Virus record (IMG/VR): IMGVR_UViG_3300008012_000030
Location: 1-61,061 of that record
DNA: 61,061 nt
Origin: a virus
Taxonomy: Duplodnaviria > Caudoviricetes
Direction: 5' to 3' (one strand)
Made by a program: the position numbers and the translations under genes. Every line of letters begins with the position of its first letter. The first letter of the stretch is position 1. Below the pieces are notes generated by a model that did not search any database, was not told the DNA's origin, and saw only the letters and a list, made by a program, of their open reading frames with translations. Below, in pieces: positions 1 to 9,588 of this stretch.

Positions 1-1744
1 TATAGATCATATCTTCGTTTGTGCCAAACATTTTATAACCTGCTTTATATAAAGCATCCGCTAATTCTTCGTGATTAGTAACTTCTTCAGGCGGTGGTGG
101 AGCTTCATCCCCTTTTGGTGTTTCTTCAGGAGATTTGATTTCATCAGCTGTTTTGAAAATATCAGCATATTGTGAATAGGCTTGTGCAGTTTCAGGATCT
201 TCCAATTTAGCTCTATGCTTGTCTAATAATCCTCTTAGCTCTTTGAATTCATCTGCTGTAAGTGCTTCATTTAATTTAGAAAGTGTTTCTAGCATTGCTC
301 TCATGCTAAAGTCTACGCTTTGATTTTGTTGTGCAAGTTTTTCAGTTTCTCCGCCTTCATTTGCTTTTGCAATTAGTTCTTCAATTCTTGCAAAATCATC
401 TTTCATTGCATCGTCGATACCTTTTTGTGGATCTTTAGAATATGCTAGTAGCTCACGTGCAGTATCTGCACCCGGATCACCATCTACTTTAATACCTGCT
501 ATTTCTTGGGCACGTTTTACACCTGCAATACTTGCTGGGCCATAAAATCCATCTGCTTTTATTTTCTTTAATTCTTCATTGTTTGTAGCAGTACCAATTC
601 TCATCAGCACTGTTTGAATAGCAGCCGCAGAAGCAGATTTGATCTTACCTCTATTGGTTGCTTTTAACAAACCTTTGGCTTGTTTTGACTCAAGCTCTTT
701 AGGCATTTCATTAGCAATCCAAGATTCTACATCATCAATTGCCTTTTTAATTGCTTCATCACTGCTGTAGTCCATTGCAGGTTCTTTTTCATCATCACCT
801 TGATCTTTAAATTGTGCTTCGTAATCTCTTTTCCACATACCGTGCATGTTAAGTGCATCAGAAATTTGGTCGTCTAGATCATCACCAAACTCAGGCATAG
901 CGCCTAGTTCGTCTGCTAGCTGTTGTAGTCTATCTGCTTCTTCGTCTGTTAGAGCTTCTGTGAGATAGTATTGCTCCAATAGTTGATCTGCATATGATCT
1001 AGGTCTGTATGATTCTTTCTTAGATTTTAGATCTGCTTTTGCTTTGTTAAGCAATTCCATAAATTCTTTGTATTTTGCTTTAGCATCTTCTAGTTTTTGA
1101 TTAGTGCCAAGTTTTGGCTCTTCATCACCTTTAGCAGTTTCGCCTTCTGCTTTGTCAACTACCTTTTGGAAACGTTCAGACTTTTCTGGATCAGACTCTT
1201 TGTATTTTTCAGCAACTTTTTTTGCTTGATCAATTTTGCTTTGTGGTAATAAACCTGCTTCTGCAAGGTCTTCCATTTGCTGTCTGTTAGCGCCGCCTGC
1301 TGTTTTTACTTCTTTGCCTTCTAGGTAACAAAATGCTTTACCATTTGCTCTATACAATCCATCTAAACCAAGTGTACGAGCAGCATGTGCTAAAACATAA
1401 GCACTATTTGTTCTACTGCCTGCTTCTTGCTCCATTTTTGCTATATCGTCTACACTCATTCCGGGCTTTGCATATTTCGCTACTATAGCGTCAAGTTCTT
1501 CTTTGCCACCTTTAGATGCTTCGCCTTTGCCCTTTTCAAAAACTTCCCAACCATTTTTATTAGCAATATATTTTTTTAATACATCTTCGCTTTCACCATG
1601 AAGATCAAAAACTTCACCGTCTCTATTTGTAATTTGGATTTTTGGTTGGCTCCGATCAACATTAACATTGTTCATTTTACCGTCTGAGCTTAATTTGTAT
1701 GCTTTTCTTTCTAATAAATTTAAAATAGATCTAATATCGTTCAT
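1..1744 (-). CDS. Large acidic helical protein, 3' end outside window; has a peptidoglycan-binding-like domain and an annexin-like motif; probable internal head/ejection protein
   Basis: Not in the ORF track (no stop in window). Manual translation from ATG at 1744 (MNDIRSILNLLER...) stays open to base 2. Contains ADGFYGPASIAGVKRAQEIAGIKVDGDPGADT (~445-640, PG_binding_1-like) and LADALYKAGYKMFGTNEDMIY (2-64). Confidence 0.8.
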   Translation of the reverse strand, partial: MNDIRSILNLLERKAYKLSSDGKMNNVNVDRSQPKIQITNRDGEVFDLHGESEDVLKKYIANKNGWEVFEKGKGEASKGGKEELDAIVAKYAKPGMSVDDIAKMEQEAGSRTNSAYVLAHAARTLGLDGLYRANGKAFCYLEGKEVKTAGGANRQQMEDLAEAGLLPQSKIDQAKKVAEKYKESDPEKSERFQKVVDKAEGETAKGDEEPKLGTNQKLEDAKAKYKEFMELLNKAKADLKSKKESYRPRSYADQLLEQYYLTEALTDEEADRLQQLADELGAMPEFGDDLDDQISDALNMHGMWKRDYEAQFKDQGDDEKEPAMDYSSDEAIKKAIDDVESWIANEMPKELESKQAKGLLKATNRGKIKSASAAAIQTVLMRIGTATNNEELKKIKADGFYGPASIAGVKRAQEIAGIKVDGDPGADTARELLAYSKDPQKGIDDAMKDDFARIEELIAKANEGGETEKLAQQNQSVDFSMRAMLETLSKLNEALTADEFKELRGLLDKHRAKLEDPETAQAYSQYADIFKTADEIKSPEETPKGDEAPPPPEEVTNHEELADALYKAGYKMFGTNEDMIY

Positions 1745-1746
1745 GG

Positions 1747-2310
1747 TTAACTTCCTATCGGGCTTTTTACATATTCTTCAGGTGATATATCTTTGGAGTC
1801 ACCTGCTTTAACTCCATCAACAGGATCGATAGCTCTTTCTTTTCTTGCAACTTCAAGTTCTTTGAGCAAGTCCATTACACGGTTTTCACCTGCTTGTTCT
1901 TGAGCAGATTCTCCGCCCATGTCTTCTGTGTTTAGCAGTGATTCGTATGGTTTTTCTTCATCTGATTTTTCTTGATACTGTTCAATAGGATCACCTTCAC
2001 CTCTTACAATAATGTGACTGTGTCCTACTCCAGTTTCATTCACCAAATACTGTTCAAGCACAAATGCAGTTACAGGATAGTTTACTTCTACATCAAAATG
2101 CGTAACTTCACAGTTGCTTAACTGTGGAAAATCCAAAGGCTTTTCTGTAATTGGAGTTTTTTTACCAGAGCTAATACCAACAATGTCGTATTTGGTCATT
2201 GATCTTTCAAGTCTATCTTCAAAGCCTTCGGGTAAATCTCCTGCCACTCTTACTTTAAACTTGTAAGTTTTTTTTGATTCAGTTAAATATTCTGCAAATT
2301 TTTTCATCAT
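1747..2310 (-). CDS. Hypothetical phage protein, possibly head-associated
   Basis: 187-aa ORF with AGGA RBS and upstream GATAAATA. N-terminus MKKFAEYLTES resembles T4-type processed leader sequences. Confidence 0.7.
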   Translation of the reverse strand: MMKKFAEYLTESKKTYKFKVRVAGDLPEGFEDRLERSMTKYDIVGISSGKKTPITEKPLDFPQLSNCEVTHFDVEVNYPVTAFVLEQYLVNETGVGHSHIIVRGEGDPIEQYQEKSDEEKPYESLLNTEDMGGESAQEQAGENRVMDLLKELEVARKERAIDPVDGVKAGDSKDISPEEYVKSPIGS

Positions 2311-2326
2311 ACTATCCTAATATATG

Positions 2327-2815
2327 TTATTTATCCAAGTTTCTTAGTTTTTCTAATAAACTATTACGATCAGAGATTACATATCCTTCGCCCTGCACAA
2401 TATCTCCATCAGCTGATCCATCTTTGTCTTGTTTTTCTTTTTTGAGTTGTAATTCAACCATCTTAAGTTTTTTGTCTAGTTTTGCTACTTTTGCATCTAA
2501 ATTTGTTTTTAACATGTTGCCAGCAACTTCAAAAATACGTCCTGAATAACGGCTTTCCACATTCATGCCTAGATCCATTAAATCCTCATACGCCTGCATG
2601 GATTTTTGCGAAACTTCGTTAAGCTCATTGTCAGCCATTTCGCCTAAACCTTTTACTTGTGGTAATGCAGCAGTAATTTTGTCAAGCTCTTGTATACTGC
2701 GAGCAGTTTCTTCTTGCTCTACAACTGCTTGTTGTGCTTTATCTGCATTACGAGACTCTTCTATAATTTCTTTAGAGTCTGGCATGTTTAATAATTCTTC
2801 TAATTTTTTAGTCAT
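2327..2815 (-). CDS. Putative terminase small subunit (T4 gp16-like)
   Basis: Helical protein with RIFEVAGNMLKT...KLKMVELQLKK and C-terminal VISDRNSLLEKL, resembling the gp16 layout; lies next to the gp4-like gene. Confidence 0.55.
   Translation of the reverse strand: MTKKLEELLNMPDSKEIIEESRNADKAQQAVVEQEETARSIQELDKITAALPQVKGLGEMADNELNEVSQKSMQAYEDLMDLGMNVESRYSGRIFEVAGNMLKTNLDAKVAKLDKKLKMVELQLKKEKQDKDGSADGDIVQGEGYVISDRNSLLEKLRNLDK
2328..2335 (-). promoter_or_regulatory. T4-late-like promoter motif GATAAATA
   Basis: Motif upstream of the 2310 start, overlapping the stop of the preceding gene; the same motif recurs before many genes in the window. Confidence 0.6.
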
Positions 2816-2846
2816 AGGTACACCATTATCTACTAGTATATTTAGT

Positions 2847-3281
2847 TTATCGAGTACCTTGGTGGAAAATATCTGTCTCGTTTACAACACGGAAATATAT
2901 ACCTTGTTGCTTACACCAAGCTCTTGCTGCTTCCCATTTTGCTTGATTTAACACCCAATGAGCTTGATTGTGCCTACTACGACCAAGTTTTTCTTTTACA
3001 GTTTGATTTTGTGGTTTGACTTCTATTACTTCTACCCTGTTTTTACCGTTTCTATCTGCGTATGCAACAAAAAAATCTGGAACATATATTGTAGCTTTAC
3101 CCGTTAACGGATTTCTATATGGTATCCTTACAGCTTCACTAGCCCATTGTGCAACATTTGGGTGTTCATCACAAAATCTCATAAAAGCAAACTCCCAACT
3201 GCTTCTATAGGTGGGTGTTTTTCTTCCTACGTATTTTTGGGGATTTTTTAAAGTGTACTTACCTTGAGCAAATCTAGCCAT
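2847..3281 (-). CDS. gp4: Head completion nuclease (T4 gp4-like, TnsA-type PD-(D/E)XK)
   Basis: YRSSWE...WASE..RIPY..P...YVPDFFV...IEVKP..Q and NQAKWEAA motifs typical of gp4. Confidence 0.85.
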   Translation of the reverse strand: MARFAQGKYTLKNPQKYVGRKTPTYRSSWEFAFMRFCDEHPNVAQWASEAVRIPYRNPLTGKATIYVPDFFVAYADRNGKNRVEVIEVKPQNQTVKEKLGRSRHNQAHWVLNQAKWEAARAWCKQQGIYFRVVNETDIFHQGTR

Positions 3282-3282
3282 A

Positions 3283-3645
3283 TCATATCACTATATTTCG
3301 CTTTTCAAGTTTTTCAACAGATTGTGTTCTTTTAAACCCTAGTGTACTTGTTGAATCTCTGTTATAGTTTAAAACTTCTGTAACAACAGCACTTAGTTGT
3401 ACTTCGCCAAACCCTTTAAGTGTATCAAGCAATGTAAAAACATTTACACCATCTATCTTAGCCTGTTGTAATAGTACAGTTGCCGTACTTACAGCAGCAG
3501 TTTGATCAAAGCCTCTTTTACTAAAGAATGCAATAACAGCATCTACTTCGTTGCTAGGGAAACTTAATTTTTTAGTAAAATATTTGTCAAAAAATTCTGT
3601 GGTTTGTTTTTCTGATGTTTTAGGTGCGTTTGGTAGACTACTCAT
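3283..3645 (-). CDS. Hypothetical protein in tail operon
   Basis: 120-aa ORF tightly packed between neighbours (4-nt overlap and 1-nt gap). Confidence 0.65.
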   Translation of the reverse strand: MSSLPNAPKTSEKQTTEFFDKYFTKKLSFPSNEVDAVIAFFSKRGFDQTAAVSTATVLLQQAKIDGVNVFTLLDTLKGFGEVQLSAVVTEVLNYNRDSTSTLGFKRTQSVEKLEKRNIVI

Positions 3646-4931
3646 GTTACATTACCTTTTAATCTTTGTTTTTCGCTTGCAGGTAAACTTGCGTAATTAG
3701 CAGTATTACCGTTAACTCCACCAGTTCCGCCGTTGCGCTGATATTCTTTATTGTTAGCAATTCTAGCTGCGCTTTCTGCCGCTGCCTCTGTATTATTTGC
3801 CGCTTTTGCAAGTGCTGATAAACCTACAATAGCTGCTGTTCCGGCTATTAGATCTTTGCTTCCACCAGTGCCTCCATTTTTTGGAAAAAATGCATTGCTA
3901 ATTCCACTTACATCTGTTCCAGACGCCGCTCCTATTGCTCCTTTTAGTAAACTAAATCCTTCTTCTCTAATACCTTCAGAACTTAATCCTCTTACGTTTG
4001 CAATAAGATTAGCTGCCGCTAGTCCTGCTTCTAGAGGACTTTTAAACCCTCCATCGCCTGTGATGTAATCGTATAATGAAATACCTGTACCAATTGCTCC
4101 TCCTAATCCAAGAGCACCGCCTCCGAGTAAACTTGCTGGACTTGGAGTTGTGTCATAGTGTGAAGGATCTCCAAATCCTTTAGGACTGTCTACTTCTACT
4201 CTGCCTCTGTCATACCAAACAGCTTCATATGCTACTGTCATAGTATTTTGCATAGTACCTGCGCCATCACTAGAATCTACACTGTCGTGTGCCCAGTTTG
4301 TAACCAATGGATTTACCAGCGTATAGGTAGTGTATGTTTTTCTTGAAAGTTGACTAATTTGAATACTTTTAAAAAAGTGTTCACTTACTCTATTGTCTAA
4401 TCCGTAACTATATTTGTTTAGTTCTGATCCTAAATATGTATTATCTCCAGGTATTCCTTCTTGTCCTGGTGCAGGTGGTGGTTTTATTTGTCTATTATAG
4501 GCTTCTGGTAGAGAACCGTAGTTACCATCTGCAAAGTAGTAACGATAATATGCTTCAAGCAAAGCAGATGTAATACCTAAATTATCATCATGAAATGTAA
4601 TATTTACAGGGTCATATGAAATACTAGTTTGGACATTTTTAATCCTGTTATATTTTTTCTTTGTATCAACTGTTGCTGTATACTTTGGTAGATCAGCAGC
4701 TTTTACAAGCAATCCAATCTCTCTTGTATGTCTTTGTTTTAACTCAGGCAAAATACTTGCAGGTAAATCATTTATTTCGAAAAATACATGATATAAAAAC
4801 TTTGCTTTAGGAGCAAGTCTAAAAGCGTCTGTTACAAAAGTTTTGCTGGCATGCCTAAAGTCGCCAAGATTACCTTTTGGACTTAGAGCACCACTTGCTA
4901 AATTATCTAAAAATCCTGTGAACTTTCCCAT
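3642..4931 (-). CDS. Tail-tube-like protein (gp19/gp54-like, possible tube initiator) with Gly/Ala-rich C-terminus
   Basis: VKAADLPKY...YDPVNITFHDDN...VTNWAHD...MTVAYE fits the tube fold; directly downstream of the tail tube gene. Confidence 0.65.
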   Translation of the reverse strand: MGKFTGFLDNLASGALSPKGNLGDFRHASKTFVTDAFRLAPKAKFLYHVFFEINDLPASILPELKQRHTREIGLLVKAADLPKYTATVDTKKKYNRIKNVQTSISYDPVNITFHDDNLGITSALLEAYYRYYFADGNYGSLPEAYNRQIKPPPAPGQEGIPGDNTYLGSELNKYSYGLDNRVSEHFFKSIQISQLSRKTYTTYTLVNPLVTNWAHDSVDSSDGAGTMQNTMTVAYEAVWYDRGRVEVDSPKGFGDPSHYDTTPSPASLLGGGALGLGGAIGTGISLYDYITGDGGFKSPLEAGLAAANLIANVRGLSSEGIREEGFSLLKGAIGAASGTDVSGISNAFFPKNGGTGGSKDLIAGTAAIVGLSALAKAANNTEAAAESAARIANNKEYQRNGGTGGVNGNTANYASLPASEKQRLKGNVT

Positions 4932-4936
4932 ACTAA

Positions 4937-4944
4937 TATTTATC
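4937..4944 (-). promoter_or_regulatory. T4-late-like promoter motif GATAAATA, 5 nt before the ATG
   Basis: Minus strand reads GATAAATA-TTAGT-ATG, with no SD in between. Confidence 0.6.
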
Positions 4945-4966
4945 CAATGTAATTAACTGCGTATAT

Positions 4967-4999
4967 AAAAGAAAAAAGGGGTACTAAAAAGTACCCCTT
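4967..4999 (-). terminator. Rho-independent terminator after the tail tube gene
   Basis: Perfect 10-bp stem AAGGGGTACT(4976-4985)/AGTACCCCTT(4990-4999), 4-nt loop, followed on the minus strand by a U-rich run. Confidence 0.85.
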
Positions 5000-5022
5000 G
5001 TAAGATTAGGAACTTTGTTATA

Positions 5023-5652
5023 TTAAGCGCCGCCGCCAGTAACGAGAGTGTTAACTGTACGACCAACTGCTGTACCAATTCCAGTACCTTGTGGTGATTG
5101 GATAGCATTGTCATAACGTATGCTTAATGTAACACTGACTGGATCTGTTGAATTTGAGTATGCTAACTGATTATAGTTTGCACTTTCAACATAACAGCCG
5201 TATAATTCAAAAGTTTCAAGCACATTTGGTGTGTTAGCACCGTTACCACCATCTAGGATTTCAATACGTGTTGTGAATTTGTAATCCTGACCTGATGCTG
5301 CACTTGACTGTTCATAGAAGTCAAATTGTTTCTGTAATTGCTCACCTACTAGTTTTTGTACGTTGTTGTTTACATCTTCACGTAGGTTTAAAGTAATTGC
5401 TTCCCAAGTATGTTTACCTGCTAGATAAACTCTTGAGTTATAAATGTCGATTGTCATTTGTTCAAAACTTACGTTTGGACGAGCTACATCTATAACTTGT
5501 TTTGTTAGTTCAGTTGTCGGAGTCGATGTTCCGAAATTTTCTAGTGATACCCTAAAACGATACTGTAATTTAGGCATCAACAGGCCTTGGTTGCTTGCAG
5601 AATCTCCGCTAGCCAAAGGCACTGTAATTTTTGATAGTGTTGATATTGCCAT
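5023..5652 (-). CDS. gp19: Tail tube protein (T4 gp19-like)
   Basis: PKLQYRFRV...YLAGKHTWEAITL...FELYGC...L.Y...SVTLSIRYD; directly downstream of the sheath; AGGAG RBS; GATAAATA at 5676-5683. Confidence 0.88.
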   Translation of the reverse strand: MAISTLSKITVPLASGDSASNQGLLMPKLQYRFRVSLENFGTSTPTTELTKQVIDVARPNVSFEQMTIDIYNSRVYLAGKHTWEAITLNLREDVNNNVQKLVGEQLQKQFDFYEQSSAASGQDYKFTTRIEILDGGNGANTPNVLETFELYGCYVESANYNQLAYSNSTDPVSVTLSIRYDNAIQSPQGTGIGTAVGRTVNTLVTGGGA

Positions 5653-5687
5653 TTAATTTGCTCCTAATCTATAAGTATTTATCAATC

Positions 5688-8600
5688 TTACAGTCCTGCT
5701 ATTTCTCCAGTATTTTTAAGTCTTAGTGGAATGTATATAAACTCAACAGCCTTAACAGGTTCAATAGCAATGTCTAAGTGTAGTTCATTTCTATCAATTC
5801 TGCTAGGTGTATTGTTTGATTCATCACACACTACTAGATAATCATACAATGCTCTTTGTCCAACTAGTTCTAGTAATAAACTTTCTGCAGCTTGTTTAAT
5901 TTCATCTCTTGTAATCTTATCGTTTGGTTCAAACAAATAAGGCTTAGCAAGTGTGTTTAATTGGCTACGTAGGTAGATAACAAGTCTTGCAACATTGATT
6001 CTGTCTAAAGAACTTGCAGCAAGTTGTCTTGTCTTCTGACCAAAAGCAACTAGTCCTGCACCTGTAATAAATGTTATTGGGTTAACTGCATTTGCGTACA
6101 GTGTATCTCTTTGCCCTTCGTTTAGTGCAATACTTACAAATTCGCCTTCATTGCTTATATAACCTGTAGAACTTGCATTAGTAATACCACCACGTCTTGT
6201 ACCTGCTGGTGCAAACCATGGGAACGATACTTGATCACTTAGTGCAATGGTTCTCATCATCATATGACTTGGTGGAACAACAACATTGTTACCAAAATTA
6301 TCACTTGTAAATCCACTTGGATAGTAAACACCAATGTATGGATCAGTTGTTACCAATCCGTCATCGTTGTCTTCTACAGCTAGTGCTTGGTTTGTTGCCC
6401 AGTTATTTAATGCTGTTGCATTCGGTAACAAACGGAATGGTGAATCACCAAGTACAAATGCTGTTAAACCTCTGTCATAGTTTAGTGATTTCATTTCACC
6501 TATAAGTTCTGGATAACCAGGACATGCCATTAGGTTAAACAATCTTGCTTCATCATCTCTAATATCTTCATTAGAGTTAACTAGTGCTTGTAGTCCTTGT
6601 ACAACAACTTTACGTTGTGCTTTGCGTCCAAATGTGCCAGAACCATCTACTTGGTTAGCACTTTCAGTTACCCAACGATCTGCGAAGTAACTTGCCATAG
6701 TTTGTCCATTACCTGCACCGTAACGAGCATTGTTGCCTGCTGTATTAATGTAATTTCTCACATATTTCTTAACATTAAATCCGCTTCTACGCAAATTCCA
6801 AAGCAACATACCTTTTGGATATAGTGCTGGATCTGGTGAATCAGGATCAACATAATCGCTTTCCATTAATGCTGTTATATCTCCAGCTAAGTTGCTATTA
6901 GCACCTGCTGTGTTATAACGTACATCTGCAAATAGTATACCGTCTTCAGTAGTTTGATCGCCAGTATCAACTAGTACCCAGTTGTCTTCTGCATTTGCAT
7001 TTCCTAAATCTGGGTTATATCTGTAAATTTTTGGATAGTTTTCAATATCACTTGTGTCTATCCAGATATCTCCAGTTTTTAGAGTAGTTCCGTCACTTTG
7101 AAGTGTTGGAACTGTTGCTGAAACAATAGGTCCGTTTGGATCTGGTTGATCTGCTGCTACACCGCTTGCATAGTACGGACTTGCTGTTGAACTTTGACCG
7201 CTTGACCCGTTATACAATAATCCAACAAATTCACTACCATTGTGTACTAGGATATCTACTTCGTCAACAATTGAATTGTACCAAAGTCTACCGTCTGCTG
7301 TTTTTGCAGTAACTTCAGTATCACTTGCTGTGAAGAATCCTGTACCAGTATCAGTTGTTGGTGTCCAATGAGTTGCTTGTAACTGTTTTGGACTTGTAGA
7401 ACTTGTAGTACCAGGTACATAAACAAGATTTTGTATTCCAACACTTGCACTTACATATGGCACAAATCCTGCTGCTGTTAAAACACCATCTGTATCAACA
7501 AAACGTATTTCACCACCTAGTGCATGTTGTATAATAACTTTGTTTTGTGGATCAACTGTTGCTGTAACATTGGTAATGTTTGCATCATTAATTGCACCTG
7601 CTAATATACCTGCATCACTTGCTGCTCCTGTATACGCACCGGTAACTGTGACTGCTGTTTCAAAAGCAGCACTACCATTATCTGTGGTTTGCACAGTAAA
7701 AGATTGTGATCCTGAACTAAATGTTCCAGTTACAATTTTTACACCTGTTACTGTTGTTGCACCAATAGCTCTTCTACGCTGTGGTCTTAGTGTTGCCAAT
7801 GGACTGTCATCTCCAGCAACATTGCTTTCAACATACAAATCACCTTGAGATAAATTAGCACCACCGCCAACAATATCTAATTCATATAATGCTGTTTGAT
7901 TGTTTGCGTGTATTGGAGCACTTATTGTTTCCCAAAGCTCTGAGCTTGCATTCCATTTTTTAATTGATATGCTAGCGCCAAGATTTGGTGTTGTTGTTTT
8001 TAGCCAAATACTTCCTGTTGGTCTTGCACTAATACTTGTTGGTATTGGAAGTCCAGGAGCACCACTAATTGTGTCTCCAATTTTCCATTCCGGAATACCT
8101 GTGTGCTTAGAAATTTGTAGCGCAGGTGGAAAATGTGTTCCTGATAAAATTCCTAGTTCGGTTAATCTATCTGCATCGCCTTTGATTTCAATTTCACCGC
8201 CTGTGGATGAATCACCGCTTGCTGATGCTGTTCCGTCACTGTAAATTTCAAGTTTTAAATCTACTGCTGCCGCAGTTACACCTGGAATAGTTAATCCGTT
8301 AATTGTGCTTGCAACATCAGTAACAGTATCTGAACTGTTAATAGTAACGCTTGTTCCATTTATGATAATTGCTGCTGTTGCATTGAATGTTGGGTTACTT
8401 GCAGTACCTTTGATTGTAGGCCAGCTCTTTGTCCACGGTTCACTTCCTACTAATACCCAAGTTCCTGATGTATTTCTGTACCAAATTTTTAAAATAGTAG
8501 ATGTTGCAGTAATCGCATATGATCCAACAGAACCTATTGCGTTTGATGGACGTCCTGTTCCATCTGCCGCTGTACCGTCGATACCGTTAGTTGCTAAACT

Positions 8601-9134
8601 ACTGTCTGACATTTCGGTTGTATCAGTAACTACATATGGCACTTTGTTTGTAAAGTTCTGACCACCGTTTACAACACTCTTACCATTCCATTCTTGGATT
8701 CCCCATAATGAATTGGCAGTGTCTAACCAATAAGTTCCATCTGCTGGATCAGCCGCAGGTGCTGTTGCACTTGCTTCGAGTTGACCTAGATCTACGTCAG
8801 CTCTGACTACCCAAGCTCTATTGGCAACACCTAGATATGAATAAGCAGCTTGTAAGCCGTATTCATTTAATTCGCCGCCGTGTATTGGATTGTTGTTATT
8901 GTCTACCTGGAAGATTGGATCTCCGAAGGTATCTGCTAAATCTCGTTGTGAAGTTAACAGGTAAGGTGTACCTGCATTCGCTGCTAGTGTTCCTGGTGCT
9001 GTGCCAGTTGCTGCAGCATTACTTTTGTTACTTTTAGTTGCAACAAAAATCATTGGAGTTGTACCCGGTTCAGCTGGGGTATAGAAACTTTCGTCTATTA
9101 CGCTAACCTGTACGCCTGGTGATACTAGTGCCAT
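5688..9134 (-). CDS. gp18: Tail sheath protein (T4 gp18-like) with large insertions
   Basis: N-terminal LVSPGVQVSVIDES; C-terminal PWFAPAG.RRG, RDTLY...VNPI, GQKT, DRINVARL, FEPND, VCDESNNTP.RID, IEPVKAVEFIYI. Confidence 0.95.
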   Translation of the reverse strand: MALVSPGVQVSVIDESFYTPAEPGTTPMIFVATKSNKSNAAATGTAPGTLAANAGTPYLLTSQRDLADTFGDPIFQVDNNNNPIHGGELNEYGLQAAYSYLGVANRAWVVRADVDLGQLEASATAPAADPADGTYWLDTANSLWGIQEWNGKSVVNGGQNFTNKVPYVVTDTTEMSDSSLATNGIDGTAADGTGRPSNAIGSVGSYAITATSTILKIWYRNTSGTWVLVGSEPWTKSWPTIKGTASNPTFNATAAIIINGTSVTINSSDTVTDVASTINGLTIPGVTAAAVDLKLEIYSDGTASASGDSSTGGEIEIKGDADRLTELGILSGTHFPPALQISKHTGIPEWKIGDTISGAPGLPIPTSISARPTGSIWLKTTTPNLGASISIKKWNASSELWETISAPIHANNQTALYELDIVGGGANLSQGDLYVESNVAGDDSPLATLRPQRRRAIGATTVTGVKIVTGTFSSGSQSFTVQTTDNGSAAFETAVTVTGAYTGAASDAGILAGAINDANITNVTATVDPQNKVIIQHALGGEIRFVDTDGVLTAAGFVPYVSASVGIQNLVYVPGTTSSTSPKQLQATHWTPTTDTGTGFFTASDTEVTAKTADGRLWYNSIVDEVDILVHNGSEFVGLLYNGSSGQSSTASPYYASGVAADQPDPNGPIVSATVPTLQSDGTTLKTGDIWIDTSDIENYPKIYRYNPDLGNANAEDNWVLVDTGDQTTEDGILFADVRYNTAGANSNLAGDITALMESDYVDPDSPDPALYPKGMLLWNLRRSGFNVKKYVRNYINTAGNNARYGAGNGQTMASYFADRWVTESANQVDGSGTFGRKAQRKVVVQGLQALVNSNEDIRDDEARLFNLMACPGYPELIGEMKSLNYDRGLTAFVLGDSPFRLLPNATALNNWATNQALAVEDNDDGLVTTDPYIGVYYPSGFTSDNFGNNVVVPPSHMMMRTIALSDQVSFPWFAPAGTRRGGITNASSTGYISNEGEFVSIALNEGQRDTLYANAVNPITFITGAGLVAFGQKTRQLAASSLDRINVARLVIYLRSQLNTLAKPYLFEPNDKITRDEIKQAAESLLLELVGQRALYDYLVVCDESNNTPSRIDRNELHLDIAIEPVKAVEFIYIPLRLKNTGEIAGL

Positions 9135-9249
9135 TTTTTTATTCTCCTATAGTGGACATTATATTCGTTACTATTATTTAGCAAGAGATTTTAAAAAAGT
9201 ACGATAAAACACCAAAGAAAAGGGGTCAAAAAGGTGAGGTAAATACAAT

Positions 9250-9588
9250 ATGAGACCATTATGTGTATGCGGGTTTAGGCCAGCAGCAGTAAACTATAAA
9301 AAAGGTAACAAAGTTTACTACCGAAAAAAATGTGAAAAGTGTTTGAAACACAACACAATAGGATTCGGTATACCTAAATGGAAACTAGCAGGTTACGAAA
9401 AAAAAGAATACTGTGAAAAATGTGCATACAAAAGCAAACACAGTGAACAATTTAATGTGTATCATATAGACGGAGATTTAACAAATTGTAGACCAACTAA
9501 TCTAAAAACAGTTTGTGCTAACTGTCAGCGTATTCTTTATAAGGAAGGAGTTCGCTGGAAGCAAGGAGATCTTTTACCAGATTTTTAA
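9250..9588 (+). CDS. Zn-finger/HNH-like small protein
   Basis: Four Cys pairs (CxC/CxxC) and HIDGD..NC...NLKTVCANC, HNH-like, with the last His replaced by Gln. Preceded by GTAAATA (9239-9245). Confidence 0.7.
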   Translation: MRPLCVCGFRPAAVNYKKGNKVYYRKKCEKCLKHNTIGFGIPKWKLAGYEKKEYCEKCAYKSKHSEQFNVYHIDGDLTNCRPTNLKTVCANCQRILYKEGVRWKQGDLLPDF

